From assembly GCA_963662285.2 (NCBI GenBank), contig CAXXMV010000003.1, positions 128,001-192,000 of the forward strand: a DNA stretch of 64,000 bases, read 5' to 3'. The stretch's first letter is position 1. The number at the start of each line of letters is the position of its first letter. Below the pieces are notes generated by a model. That model did not search any database, had not been told where the DNA came from, and saw only the letters and a list, made by a program, of their open reading frames with translations. Shown here piece by piece: positions 38,257-48,157 of the stretch. Made by a program: the position numbers and the translations under genes. The DNA is from a bacterium. GTDB lineage: Bacteria > Hinthialibacterota > Hinthialibacteria > Hinthialibacterales > Hinthialibacteraceae.

Positions 38257-38893
38257 GTTGGAAAAAAAAGTATTATCAAAAAGCGCTGAGATAGCTAAAG
38301 ACCTGCGCAAGTTCTTTAAGGAACGCGGCATATTCGTGATTAACCTGATTGGTTCTCCCGGAGCAGGGAAGACCAGTTTTCTCGAATCATTGGCATCCAG
38401 GGTTAAAGGTCAAGCAGCTGTTATCGAAGGCGATCTGCAGACCGACGAAGACAAACGACGGATTGAAAAAGCAGGACTGCCCGCCTATGAGATCAATACA
38501 ATTGGCGCCTGCCATCTGGACGCCAAGATGATTCAGGATGCCTTGGAGGAATTTCCTCTAGGTGAGATCAAATACCTGTTTATTGAGAATGTCGGCAACC
38601 TGGTTTGTCCCGCTGGTTTTGAAATTGGAGAAGATTTTAAGGTGGCCATAATTTCAGTTACCGAAGGTGACGATAAACCGGCCAAGTATCCGGTTGCCTT
38701 GAGAAATTCACGAGCTATGGTGGTTACCAAAATTGATCTGCTGCCTCATTTACGATGCGATGTGGAGCGGATGAAACGCGATGCGCTTGTTTCAAATCCA
38801 GACCTGGAGATTTTCGAATCCTCAGCCTCAACCGGCGAAGGGATAGATTCTTTCATGGAATGGCTAGCCCAACAGGCCGCATCAAGGGAATAA
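38240..38893 (+). CDS. hypB: Nickel incorporation GTPase HypB
   Basis: GSPGAGKT, IEGD, GACHLDA, ENVGNLVCPA and TEGDDKPAKYP motifs. Confidence 0.95.
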   Translation: MSKTIKLEKKVLSKSAEIAKDLRKFFKERGIFVINLIGSPGAGKTSFLESLASRVKGQAAVIEGDLQTDEDKRRIEKAGLPAYEINTIGACHLDAKMIQDALEEFPLGEIKYLFIENVGNLVCPAGFEIGEDFKVAIISVTEGDDKPAKYPVALRNSRAMVVTKIDLLPHLRCDVERMKRDALVSNPDLEIFESSASTGEGIDSFMEWLAQQAASRE

Positions 38894-38911
38894 TAAAGAT
38901 ACTTGAATATA

Positions 38912-38949
38912 ATTGGGTGGTTGGCAAGGGCTAACCACCCAATATTTTG
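38912..38949 (+). terminator. Intrinsic terminator after hypB
   Basis: ATTGGGTGGTTGGC-aagg-GCTAACCACCCAAT followed by ATTTT. Confidence 0.72.
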
Positions 38950-39141
38950 ACTCAACGCTTTCCCTCTTTCATTTGAAGAGGGTTTTTTATTTTAATATGT
39001 TCAAAGACTATGTATGACATGTTTCCCGGGTTGACGTAACAGTCGCCATGTTGGAAGATAGTATTCCAATAATGAAAACAAGATTGATTATTGCTCCAAT
39101 AAATGGCTGTAACGCTGAGCAAACGAAAATTAGGTGGTTCT

Positions 39142-42100
39142 ATGAATAATAACATAAGAATTATGTTTCAAGGAATGTTGTTATTGTTGTTGTTTACGGT
39201 GGGTTTTGCGCCGGGCGCAATTGCTGGAGATTTAGATTTTAGCGACCCTGTTAATTTTACGCCAGCGCCGTCCAATGCGATTGGATATCCTAGCCGGGAC
39301 GCTAATCTGGATGCGCTGCCCGGTTTTAAGAATCCGCCTCCAGGATATGGCGAAATACCGTTTTGGTGGTGGACTGGTGATCCACTTGATGTGGATAGAT
39401 TGATCTGGGAACTAGACCTGTTGCAACAGAAGGGCATCAGCGGGGTGCAGGTTAACTATTCCCATGATGATACGCCGGGTATGCCTACTTCTGCGATGGA
39501 GCCTCCTATTTTCAGCGAGGATTGGTGGGCCATCTGGGGCCGGATCGCCGATGAATGCCGTAAGAGGGGTATGGGGATTGGCTTAAGCACTTATACGCTC
39601 GATTGGCCATACGCGGATGATCTGTTTAGGCGAATATTCTATTCAAATAAGAAACTGAATGCATTTAAGCTAAATCCTCTACCGCGTAAACGTCTTAAAA
39701 CTGGAGAATCTGTTTCTGTTGATGCTCCTGCTGATTTAATTGCCGCGCGCGCATATCGAATTGAAAATGACATTCTATGTCAAGGCGGTATTAACTTGAT
39801 TCAGCATATCAGCGATGGCCGCCTTTCCTGGACTGCTCCAGAGGGAGAATGGGAACTGTGGCTGGTTCAAGCTGAACGGCAAGACAACACGATAAATCCC
39901 TTGATGGAAGGAGTAGGCGAGATAGTTATTAATGACTTTTATCAGAAATTCCAGGATGCTACGCCTAACAAGTCGCCTGAAGGATTGAATTATTTCTTCA
40001 ACGACGAACTGCATATTGGCGCTGGAACTCATGTATGGAATGCTGATCTAGCTGAAGAATTCAAGAAACGCAAAGGTTACGACCTGTTAGATGTATTGCC
40101 CGCCTTATGGAGCGACATAGGCGCCATGACGCCCAAGGTGCGTATGGACTACGCCGACGTTCGGATGACGTTGATGGAAGAGCGTTATTTTAAGCCAATC
40201 TACCGTTGGCATGCCTCGCGAGGCCTGATTTTCGCTTGCGACTCTGGTGGTCGCGGCTTGCGCCCCAATGAGTTTGGCGACTATTTCAGAGCCACGCGTT
40301 GGTATAGCGCACCCGGTCACGATACTCCAGGAGGTAATGCCGATCTGATCAAGGGCAAAGTCTCCTCTTCTGTCGCAAGTCTCTACCGCCGCCCACGGGT
40401 ATGGTTGGAGGGCTATCATAGCCTGGGCTGGGGAGCAACGCCGGAACGGTTGATGTTCGCCACCCGCGAGAATTTTTTGTATGGTTGCACGCTGCTCAAT
40501 CTGCATGGATTATATTACAGTACTCATGGCTCATTCTGGGAATGGGCGCCGCCTAGCTACCATTTCCGTATGCCCTATTGGGAACACATGGGCGTGTTCT
40601 TAAAATATTTTGACCGCCTTTCGTATTTGCTGAGCCAAGGCGCATTTGTATGCGACGTTGCGGTGCTATATCCTGTCGCCCCGTTTGAGGCTGGGCTTGA
40701 TGGAGCAAAAGCAACTCAAACGGCCTTTGATACAGCCCGCGCTCTTATGGCCGCTGGTATAAATTTTGAGTTTGTGGATGCCGATTCGTTATCCCGCGCC
40801 CGGATTCGTAATGACCGCTTGGAAATTACTGATTCGTCATATCGCGTACTCATCTTCCCGTCTATGGAAGCTGTGCGTTGGTCATCACTGCAAAAAGCAG
40901 GTCAATTCGCTAAGTCGTGCGGCATGGTGTTGAATATTGGCGGGCTTCCATTAGCCAGCGATCATAATGGCCGTGATGACAAAGAATTGGACGACCTGGT
41001 GAATGTCTTGTTTCCATCCCAGAATCGCCTGGCCAAACCGGACGATGCGCCTGCAATGATACTGAGCGCATTTACTCCCGATACACAAGCAGATAAAACA
41101 GTTCGTACGCTGCACCGTAAAATCGGGCAGCGTGACGTATATATGGTAATGGATGCAGCCAAGAATTCTGTAGTCGAATTCCGCGCCAAGGGAAAGGTTG
41201 AATTATGGGATCCCTGGACTGGCGTATCTCGACCGCTGCGTGTTCTTGGCGAGACGGATACTGGAACGAAAGTGGAGTTGCCGTTGGAAGAATATGAGGC
41301 TCAGATAGTCGTGTTTACTCCTGGTCAGATGCATGTCAATCCACCAAAGTTTACTGAACGGTCGGTGCAGAAAATCACCTTGGATGGAGATTGGGAGTTT
41401 GAATTGAAACCGACGATGGATAACCGCTATGGTGATTTCCGGCTGCCGGTGGTTGATAAGATCATCGGGGCGGAAGCGCGTATTTTCCGTCACGCCGTTG
41501 AGAGTGGTGATGTTTCAACATGGAAAACGCCTGATTTTGATGATAGCAATTGGGAGCGCGACGCTTATGATTTCGGCCCGCAATTCTGGTTGCTCGGACC
41601 GGTTCCAGCCGATTTGGCGGATGAAGAACTTGATGTCCGGCTGGCCAAACTTACGAAGATAAATCCACAAGAAGCGGTTACAGTTGGCGGCAAGTCGTTC
41701 TCATGGCGTTTATATGATTTCTCCTGGCGTCAGGGGTTCGAAGGCGATCCCGGCCACCAGGGTTGGCATGGTTTGAAAGAAAAAATTTCTGATCATTTTC
41801 TATGTATTGGGAAAATTGAAAAAGCATATCACGAAAATAAATATGCACCTGAAATAGAGGGTGGTCGTTATTATCTCTGGACCAGCGCTACGGTTGACCA
41901 ACAGACTATGGCCCGTATAGTTGCCAGCGCCCAGCATGATGGAGAGAAGCCGCATGCATCTGAGGTATTGACTCCGGCATCTGTTTTTCTGAATGGAGCA
42001 CGGGTCGATAACATGCAACAGGCAGTGTCTCTGCATTCCGGCGTGAATCCTATCCTGGTTCGATACGATCATGCAGGCCGGGGATATTTCGTATTGCAAC

Positions 42101-42807
42101 GCGACCAGAATGACGCGGAGGCGTTGAAGCGCACTCCATTGGCCATGAGATGGTTTGATGATTCTTCGGTGATTCCATTCGATGTGTATGCTGGCGTCAA
42201 GCCCGCAGAATGGTTCCGTTTTACTGCTCCACCGGGATTACGTTCTATGATGGTTCAAGCAAAAGGTAAAGTAGAGGCTTGGGTGGATGGTAAAACTATG
42301 CATGATGGCGGGCAAGGACGTTTTGAGGCGGTTGCGCCTGTGCGGCGTGAATCTGTGGTTGCTCTGCGCGTAATGCCTGATACCGGCGTCAGCGGCGCGG
42401 CGGTTTTTCCCGAACCGATACAATTGGACTGCGGTTCTGGCATCACCTCAGTCGGCGACTGGTCGAAGAGAGGCGCGTTGGAGTGCTACTCCGGCGGCGC
42501 ATGGTATCGCAAGAGTGTGACGCTGAAACCGGAGCAGATGGGCGATAGTATAACGCTTGATCTCGGAAAAGTAGTCGCCACAGCTGAAGTTCGCGTTAAT
42601 GGTAAAGCGGCGGGTATTCGCGTAGCCCCTCCCTGGCGCGTAGATATATCGAAATTAGTGAAGCCTGGCGAGAATCTGATAGAGGTGCTGGTATTCAATA
42701 CGCTCGCCAATCACTATTTGACCATTCCAACCCGCTACCGGGGTGAATCGACTTCTGGTCTACTCGGACTGGTTACTCTGGAAATTGCGACAAGTAATGA
42801 TCGTTAA
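39142..42807 (+). CDS. Secreted GH106-like glycoside hydrolase (alpha-L-rhamnosidase-like)
   Basis: FKNPP...PFWWW, YFFNDE, VWLEGY, ELWDP and LDLGKV...VNG...GEN motifs. Start set at MNNNIR. Confidence 0.78.
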   Translation: MNNNIRIMFQGMLLLLLFTVGFAPGAIAGDLDFSDPVNFTPAPSNAIGYPSRDANLDALPGFKNPPPGYGEIPFWWWTGDPLDVDRLIWELDLLQQKGISGVQVNYSHDDTPGMPTSAMEPPIFSEDWWAIWGRIADECRKRGMGIGLSTYTLDWPYADDLFRRIFYSNKKLNAFKLNPLPRKRLKTGESVSVDAPADLIAARAYRIENDILCQGGINLIQHISDGRLSWTAPEGEWELWLVQAERQDNTINPLMEGVGEIVINDFYQKFQDATPNKSPEGLNYFFNDELHIGAGTHVWNADLAEEFKKRKGYDLLDVLPALWSDIGAMTPKVRMDYADVRMTLMEERYFKPIYRWHASRGLIFACDSGGRGLRPNEFGDYFRATRWYSAPGHDTPGGNADLIKGKVSSSVASLYRRPRVWLEGYHSLGWGATPERLMFATRENFLYGCTLLNLHGLYYSTHGSFWEWAPPSYHFRMPYWEHMGVFLKYFDRLSYLLSQGAFVCDVAVLYPVAPFEAGLDGAKATQTAFDTARALMAAGINFEFVDADSLSRARIRNDRLEITDSSYRVLIFPSMEAVRWSSLQKAGQFAKSCGMVLNIGGLPLASDHNGRDDKELDDLVNVLFPSQNRLAKPDDAPAMILSAFTPDTQADKTVRTLHRKIGQRDVYMVMDAAKNSVVEFRAKGKVELWDPWTGVSRPLRVLGETDTGTKVELPLEEYEAQIVVFTPGQMHVNPPKFTERSVQKITLDGDWEFELKPTMDNRYGDFRLPVVDKIIGAEARIFRHAVESGDVSTWKTPDFDDSNWERDAYDFGPQFWLLGPVPADLADEELDVRLAKLTKINPQEAVTVGGKSFSWRLYDFSWRQGFEGDPGHQGWHGLKEKISDHFLCIGKIEKAYHENKYAPEIEGGRYYLWTSATVDQQTMARIVASAQHDGEKPHASEVLTPASVFLNGARVDNMQQAVSLHSGVNPILVRYDHAGRGYFVLQRDQNDAEALKRTPLAMRWFDDSSVIPFDVYAGVKPAEWFRFTAPPGLRSMMVQAKGKVEAWVDGKTMHDGGQGRFEAVAPVRRESVVALRVMPDTGVSGAAVFPEPIQLDCGSGITSVGDWSKRGALECYSGGAWYRKSVTLKPEQMGDSITLDLGKVVATAEVRVNGKAAGIRVAPPWRVDISKLVKPGENLIEVLVFNTLANHYLTIPTRYRGESTSGLLGLVTLEIATSNDR

Positions 42808-42840
42808 TGTATGAGATTTATTTTATTGCGTGAGTGGTTT

Positions 42841-42934
42841 GGGCGCCCACAAGGAGCGCCCCTACGAGGGGATTGGGGGATTTGTAAGTATTACGATTTT
42901 CCCCTCACTTTTCCCTCTCCCGGTGGGAGAGGGA
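42841..42934. repeat. REP-B (42841-42866) plus BoxC-like D (42901-42934)
   Basis: GGGCGCCCACAAGGAGCGCCCCTACG; CCCCTCACTTTTCCCTCTCCC...GGGAGAGGGA. Confidence 0.8.
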
Positions 42935-43005
42935 TTTTGGTGTATGGGGTGGATCTTTGATGAGTCGATGAGGCGTGATCCATCCAATGCTATGGTGGTT
43001 GAAGA

Positions 43006-45191
43006 TTATTGTTTTGCAATTACAAATACTGATTGCAATGGTTTTAATTCCAGTTTGACTTTAGTTATATTAATTCCATCAATTTTTGAATATTCAGTTT
43101 TAGTTGAACTTATTTCTCCCGTATGAGGATTCCACATTTCGGGCATTAGGCGTCCACGGATTTCCGCTTGAGTCGAGACTGATTTTTTACCTAGATTAGC
43201 GAAGAAATAGATGTCGCGTCCCTGATACACTTTATGGATATAGCGCAGTTCTGCATGTGGTTTGAAAGTGACGTCATATACATTAGCCATACTATCCAAT
43301 GTTTTCCGCATGGTTTCAGCGGTTGGATTGTCCAGGAAAACCGCTTGGCCGCCCTGGCTATTGTTTGATATTTTTGCATCGCCGGGGAATATCTCTTGGA
43401 TTGTTTTTATTACCTGCTGGTCGCATCCGAATTCTGCTGATTTTGATGGTAATACGCCAGTGGCAATAATCTTGCCTCCCTGGTCGTAGAATTGTTTGAT
43501 CTTTTTAAGATTGCTCCAGAATATGGTTTTGTGCGCTGGTACAATCATTACCATGTAGGATTCATGATTAATTGGATTATCGAGAACAAGCGTATCATCT
43601 TCCATGCGGCATTTTTCATTCAAGACCTCTGGATGGATAAAGGTGAAGTCGCGGCAGACCTGGGTTGATAGCAGCTCGCTTATATCAACATAATCGGCTT
43701 CGGGGACTTCGACGCCTCCCTTGTAGTGCCCCAGTGAACCATCCAGGTAATGTCCCGCCTGTAGGGTGGCGATGGGATACAGCACGGCGATATCAGCGAT
43801 ATGTCGGCCATGATTTTGCAGCATGACATTGAGGCGGCTGACGTAGCGGTTGTATTGCGTCAGTCCATCTGCGTACTTTGGATGCCTCCAGGATAGTTCC
43901 GGCTTAAAGGTAACCTTGGCGTCATCGTACCACACAGCGTGGGGTATGATCTGGTTGATGCCTTTGGTGTATTGCTCCATGGCTATGGTATATATCTCAT
44001 CCCAACTTATATCGCCCATGGCGCCGTAGGTTTCGGACATCACCAGGGCTTTATCCCAGTTGTAGGCTGCGGAACTTATGATCTTGTAAAAACGCTCCGC
44101 CGGGCGGTCGCCGCCTATCTTATCCACTCCGGGAATATCCTGATACTTGAAGCATTTCATTAAATCTCCGGAAACGCTGACTGGATTAATAACCTCTTCC
44201 TGATCCTGATGACCAGTGACCGTAATCCCATGTTCATTGCACACTCCTGAACTACTTTGGGGAATCCTGCGGCGAATAATTCTGTGCGGAAACCTAAGAG
44301 ATAGTTACGCGCCGCCTGGGTTTGCTCTCCGATATCGTACCATAGGGCGGGGTAGTATGGCGCCGGATCGAAGCCATGAGCGTCTTGAAATTTTTGATTG
44401 AATTCGCCCGTCCAAATACGTCCTTTAGCCCGGTACATGGTTGTTTCATCGAAGAAGGTTCCGTCAATTGTCGTTCCGAAATATTCCTTAAAATGGTCAT
44501 AATAGGCTTGATGGGTCATTTGCACGAATTGAGAGACGGCTTTTGGATCAAGGTAGTCGACATTGGGATCGCCGTCTTTTACGCATAGAAAAAGCATCAC
44601 TTTCCAGGCGCCTGATGGGGCAGTCCATTCGATTTTACCTTTTTTGACCAGTTTTGTGATATCTATGCGTTGTTTGGTCTTCATATCCATCGCCACGACG
44701 CTCATTAATTTTCCCTGAGGAATATCAGTGGAAAACGGGCCAGGGCCGCTGATATCCCATTCGTGTTTATCCAACCGTTTGATGGTTGAATCCGGGTGAA
44801 GATTGGCGAATCGGGGGATGCCGTCGCCGTTGATGGCGCCGGCGCTGCCGCTGGGGAAGCCGTATTCATCATAGATGCACATGGTCATTCCCAGTTCTTT
44901 GGCCTGTTGCAGCGCTGTGCGGTAAATATCGAAATAGGCTTCGGTGAGGTATTCAGGCTTAAAATCCTTTCCAAAGGGCAGGATGCCGAAACCGCCATAG
45001 CCGCATTTGTCACGGCTGAAGCGCATTTGTTCAATAATACCCTCAGTGGTAACGGTAGTGTTATTCCAGAACCACAACGGACGTGTGGCGTATTCCAGCG
45101 GAGGATCGATAAAATCCTGTTTTATGTCTGCGGCTTGTGCGATGTTTATGGTTAATAGTAATAAGATTATAAGACGTGGTATGATACGCAT
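43006..45191 (-). pseudogene. GH106-like glycoside hydrolase split by a 1-bp frameshift near 44242
   Basis: The two ORFs are the N-terminal half (FIDPP...PLWFWN, YDEYGFPSG, FFDE) and C-terminal half (TGH, PGVD, MSETYG). The junction CAG GAG TG TGC AAT GAA CAT reads QEWCNEH if one G is restored. Confidence 0.82.
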
Positions 45192-45312
45192 GAAATCACC
45201 TTTATTTTAAGCATGTTAGAGTAGTTGGCATTATAACGGTTTATTTTCTCATATTTGCATGATATAAGTCAACTTGTAGGCGGGCGCCAATGATAAAAGG
45301 ATTATTTTCGAC

Positions 45313-46578
45313 ATGACTGATAAAAATACATTATTTTCCATTGTGCTTTTCATTGTTGTCTTCGCTGTTTGTTCACCGAGTTATTCCAAAACCATCGTAA
45401 TTCCCGGCGATGCCGCTTCTGTTCAGGAAGCGGTGGATTTGGCGGCGGATGGCGATTTGGTTCTCATCCAATCCGAGGCGGTGGATTTGTGCGTGGAGAA
45501 TTTCGTGGGCGGGCTGCGGATCGTCGGCAAGGAAATTACCATTTCCGGGAGGTCGGCGGAGAATAAAACCTTGATCAACGCGCAGGGGATCGCGCAGATG
45601 TTTGGGGAGGAGTATCCCTATCCCCGTTCTTCCCGCACGTCATCGATCTGGATCGAGGACGCAAGCGTTACGATGCGTGGGCTGCGAATGTCCGGCCCCT
45701 TGAAAATCGTGGGGGGAACTGCGGCGACGGCCTGTTATTACGGCGCTCCCATCTACGTGGAATCGGGCTCCCTCTGTCTGGTTGACTGCGATCTGACCTG
45801 CAACATCGAAAGCCGTTCCAACCTTCGCATCGAACGCTCGTCGATTCAGGGCTATTCATATCAAGACGCTCAATATGACGCGCAGAATACGGACGAACCC
45901 TGTTTGAGCGTACTCGGCGGCGAGAGGATCATCATCGATATCGTCGACTCGACCGTTGATTGTAATAACGACCGAGGATACAACGGCGTTCTTTTAGAAG
46001 GATCGTCCGGCGCTGAATTTTACCTATTGCGCAGCGTGATACGAGGCGGGAGTTTTGACGACTCAACCGCGAACCGAGTTGCGATTCCGTCCAAAAAGGG
46101 TGGTTACGGATTCACCGTTCGAGATTGCGAGAACATTCGACTCGCCTTTGACGACGGAAAAGTTTACGGGGGAGAAGGAACACCGATGAACGGCCAATGG
46201 ATGTCGCAACATCAAGACGAATCCGAACTGTACGCCGGAAATGGCGGCGAGGGGCTGATGCTGGAAAGGTCGACTGGTTTTCTGGAAGGAGGAACCTTCA
46301 TCGGTGGTAATGGAGGAAACAGCACGCCGATGTTGGAGAACCATGGGTTTAGGATGTATATGATACCGGGCGGCGACGGTGGTTATGGGATATCGCTGCG
46401 GCAATCTCGCTTGTCCTATGGTAACGTTATGGCTCAAGGCGGCAGCGGCGGTTTGAGCGTTGTTTATGAAGGGATTCAGTTGCCAGCGGGGAATGATGGG
46501 GAGAGGTGGCTTGTTGATGATAGTTCGGAAGCGATTCCGCTTAGCGGCATTGTGGATTGGACGTTATTATTTAAATAA
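45313..46578 (+). CDS. Secreted Gly-rich beta-helix-like protein with C-terminal SGIVDWTLLFK tail
   Basis: Signal peptide; IPGDAASVQEAVDLAADGD (pectin-lyase-fold N-cap pattern); GGxGG repeats. Confidence 0.75.
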   Translation: MTDKNTLFSIVLFIVVFAVCSPSYSKTIVIPGDAASVQEAVDLAADGDLVLIQSEAVDLCVENFVGGLRIVGKEITISGRSAENKTLINAQGIAQMFGEEYPYPRSSRTSSIWIEDASVTMRGLRMSGPLKIVGGTAATACYYGAPIYVESGSLCLVDCDLTCNIESRSNLRIERSSIQGYSYQDAQYDAQNTDEPCLSVLGGERIIIDIVDSTVDCNNDRGYNGVLLEGSSGAEFYLLRSVIRGGSFDDSTANRVAIPSKKGGYGFTVRDCENIRLAFDDGKVYGGEGTPMNGQWMSQHQDESELYAGNGGEGLMLERSTGFLEGGTFIGGNGGNSTPMLENHGFRMYMIPGGDGGYGISLRQSRLSYGNVMAQGGSGGLSVVYEGIQLPAGNDGERWLVDDSSEAIPLSGIVDWTLLFK

Positions 46579-46809
46579 AAGAATTTAGTAAATGTTCAGC
46601 GTAAACAGATTATGTTCGGATGAATTCCGAAAATCGGTCTTCAAATAGAAGCGTTAGAGCCTCGGTTAGCCTGACGCCTTTTTTTGCTCTGGATAAACGG
46701 AAAAATCTATGCGGATGTTTTTTAGTTTGGGATGGGTGGAGTTTATGAAGATTTGGTGTTCACGTTTTGCTGTAAATCACTGAACCCCTTACGTTGAGTA
46801 AATAAAACA

Positions 46810-46837
46810 CAAAGGGGATTAATTTCCATCCCCTTTG
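46810..46837 (-). terminator. Intrinsic terminator
   Basis: CAAAGGGGAT...ATCCCCTTTG with an A-rich left flank. Confidence 0.65.
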
Positions 46838-46866
46838 CTGGTAATAGTCTTATTAGATATGTGCGA

Positions 46867-47565
46867 TTAATCGGTGATCGGTTTGTAGAAGATGTTGCGG
46901 TACATAACTTGGCCGTGGTTGCCTTGGAGATAGGTGGGCCCTTCTTCGATGACTTGGCCGCTTAATGCAGATCCTGTCACGCCTTCGATTTCGACATTGT
47001 CAAGAATCCTGGTTCCGTTATGGAAGACGGTGATTCGGGGTTTCTTGATCGCTTTGCCATCTTTGGCTATGGCTTTGTGGAAAATTGCATGGAAGCACTG
47101 CCATTGGCCCGCTGGTTTCGAGGCGTTAACGCTAGCTGCTACTTTGTTGTAGATTCCGCCGCAATCGGTTATAGCCGGTTTTTCTTTTCCATAACTGTCC
47201 AGTACCTGAATCTCATACTGACCGATCAGATAGACGCCGCTGTTGCTGCCCTTGGGAACGAAAAACTCAATATATAGTTCATGGCTCCCTAGTATTTTGT
47301 CGCTTACCAAGTCGATGCCGTGTTTGCCTTCTTCCATTGGTGGGATATTGATCAGCACACCGTTGATCGAGGTCCAACTCATGATGTGGCTGTCGTTGGG
47401 TTTCACACGGGTATGCCATCCTTCAAGTCCCTTACCTTCATACAAGGATTTCCATTCGCCGCCTTTGGGAGGAGACGTTAATCCTTGATTTTCCGACGCC
47501 ATTACAGCGGGGAGAACCAATGCCGTAATTAATACTGCCGCGAATAACAAATATACTTTTTTCAT
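46867..47565 (-). CDS. Secreted DUF1080 (3-keto-disaccharide hydrolase-like) protein
   Basis: NSGVY, YEIQVLDS, GGIY, GQWQ and LQGNHG..YRNI motifs. Start set at MKKVY. Confidence 0.9.
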   Translation of the reverse strand: MKKVYLLFAAVLITALVLPAVMASENQGLTSPPKGGEWKSLYEGKGLEGWHTRVKPNDSHIMSWTSINGVLINIPPMEEGKHGIDLVSDKILGSHELYIEFFVPKGSNSGVYLIGQYEIQVLDSYGKEKPAITDCGGIYNKVAASVNASKPAGQWQCFHAIFHKAIAKDGKAIKKPRITVFHNGTRILDNVEIEGVTGSALSGQVIEEGPTYLQGNHGQVMYRNIFYKPITD

Positions 47566-47738
47566 AATCCTCACCATTCTGATTTTTAGTAGAATCAAAC
47601 GTATTGTGAAATCATTACTTTGTACATAAAGGATAAACTGTCCCTCACTAATATTCAATCCATCCTGATATAATAAGACTTACAACTAAGTGCAATCTCG
47701 AACTGACTAACCTGCATGAATCTCTTTTGCCATGTGAA

Positions 47739-47959
47739 TCAATGTTGATGATTATTTTTTATTTGATCAACCAGGTCGAGAGTTAATTTGTATTCTTCCC
47801 TGATGCGCAATGTCTTGCGGATGGCGGAATAACTGCGCTTGATATTTTCTGAGCGTAATTGTTCTCGTATATCATCGGCGGAAGTGCTTTGGTTCACCCA
47901 AATGATATGAATCAGTTTGGTTTCCAGTCAGTTAATATGGATTTTGAAGGCCTTGGCAT
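47739..47959 (-). pseudogene. BlaI/MecI/CopY-family repressor remnant (frameshift plus internal deletion)
   Basis: AAGGA RBS. Restoring one G after the TGG codon gives MPRPSKSILTDW[E]TKLIHIIWVNQSTSADDIREQLRSENIKRSYSAIRKTLRIREEYKLTLDLVDQIKNNHQH*. Confidence 0.7.
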
Positions 47960-47976
47960 TGGTTATCCTTTTATAT

Positions 47977-47990
47977 GTTACTTAAGTAAC
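47977..47990. promoter_or_regulatory. Perfect 14-bp palindrome, candidate operator
   Basis: GTTACTTAAGTAAC, 17 nt upstream of the BlaI-like start codon. Confidence 0.5.
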
Positions 47991-48157
47991 GTTATATAAT
48001 ATGATTGTGGTTTTGTTAAGTTAAATTAAATATTTATTTTTTTAAAACTATAATTTACAAAATAACGTCGATGATTGTATGATAGACTTACTCAGGTTAG
48101 GTTTATTAATCTAATTATTGTTGATTATACGTTTTCAAAATTTATGGAGGAATTGCT

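Noticed and set aside
44240-44265. Programmed -1 frameshift at TTC CCC AAA G
   Set aside because: The heptamer is not in canonical X XXY YYZ phase, and a one-base restoration gives a more family-like EWCxxHG.
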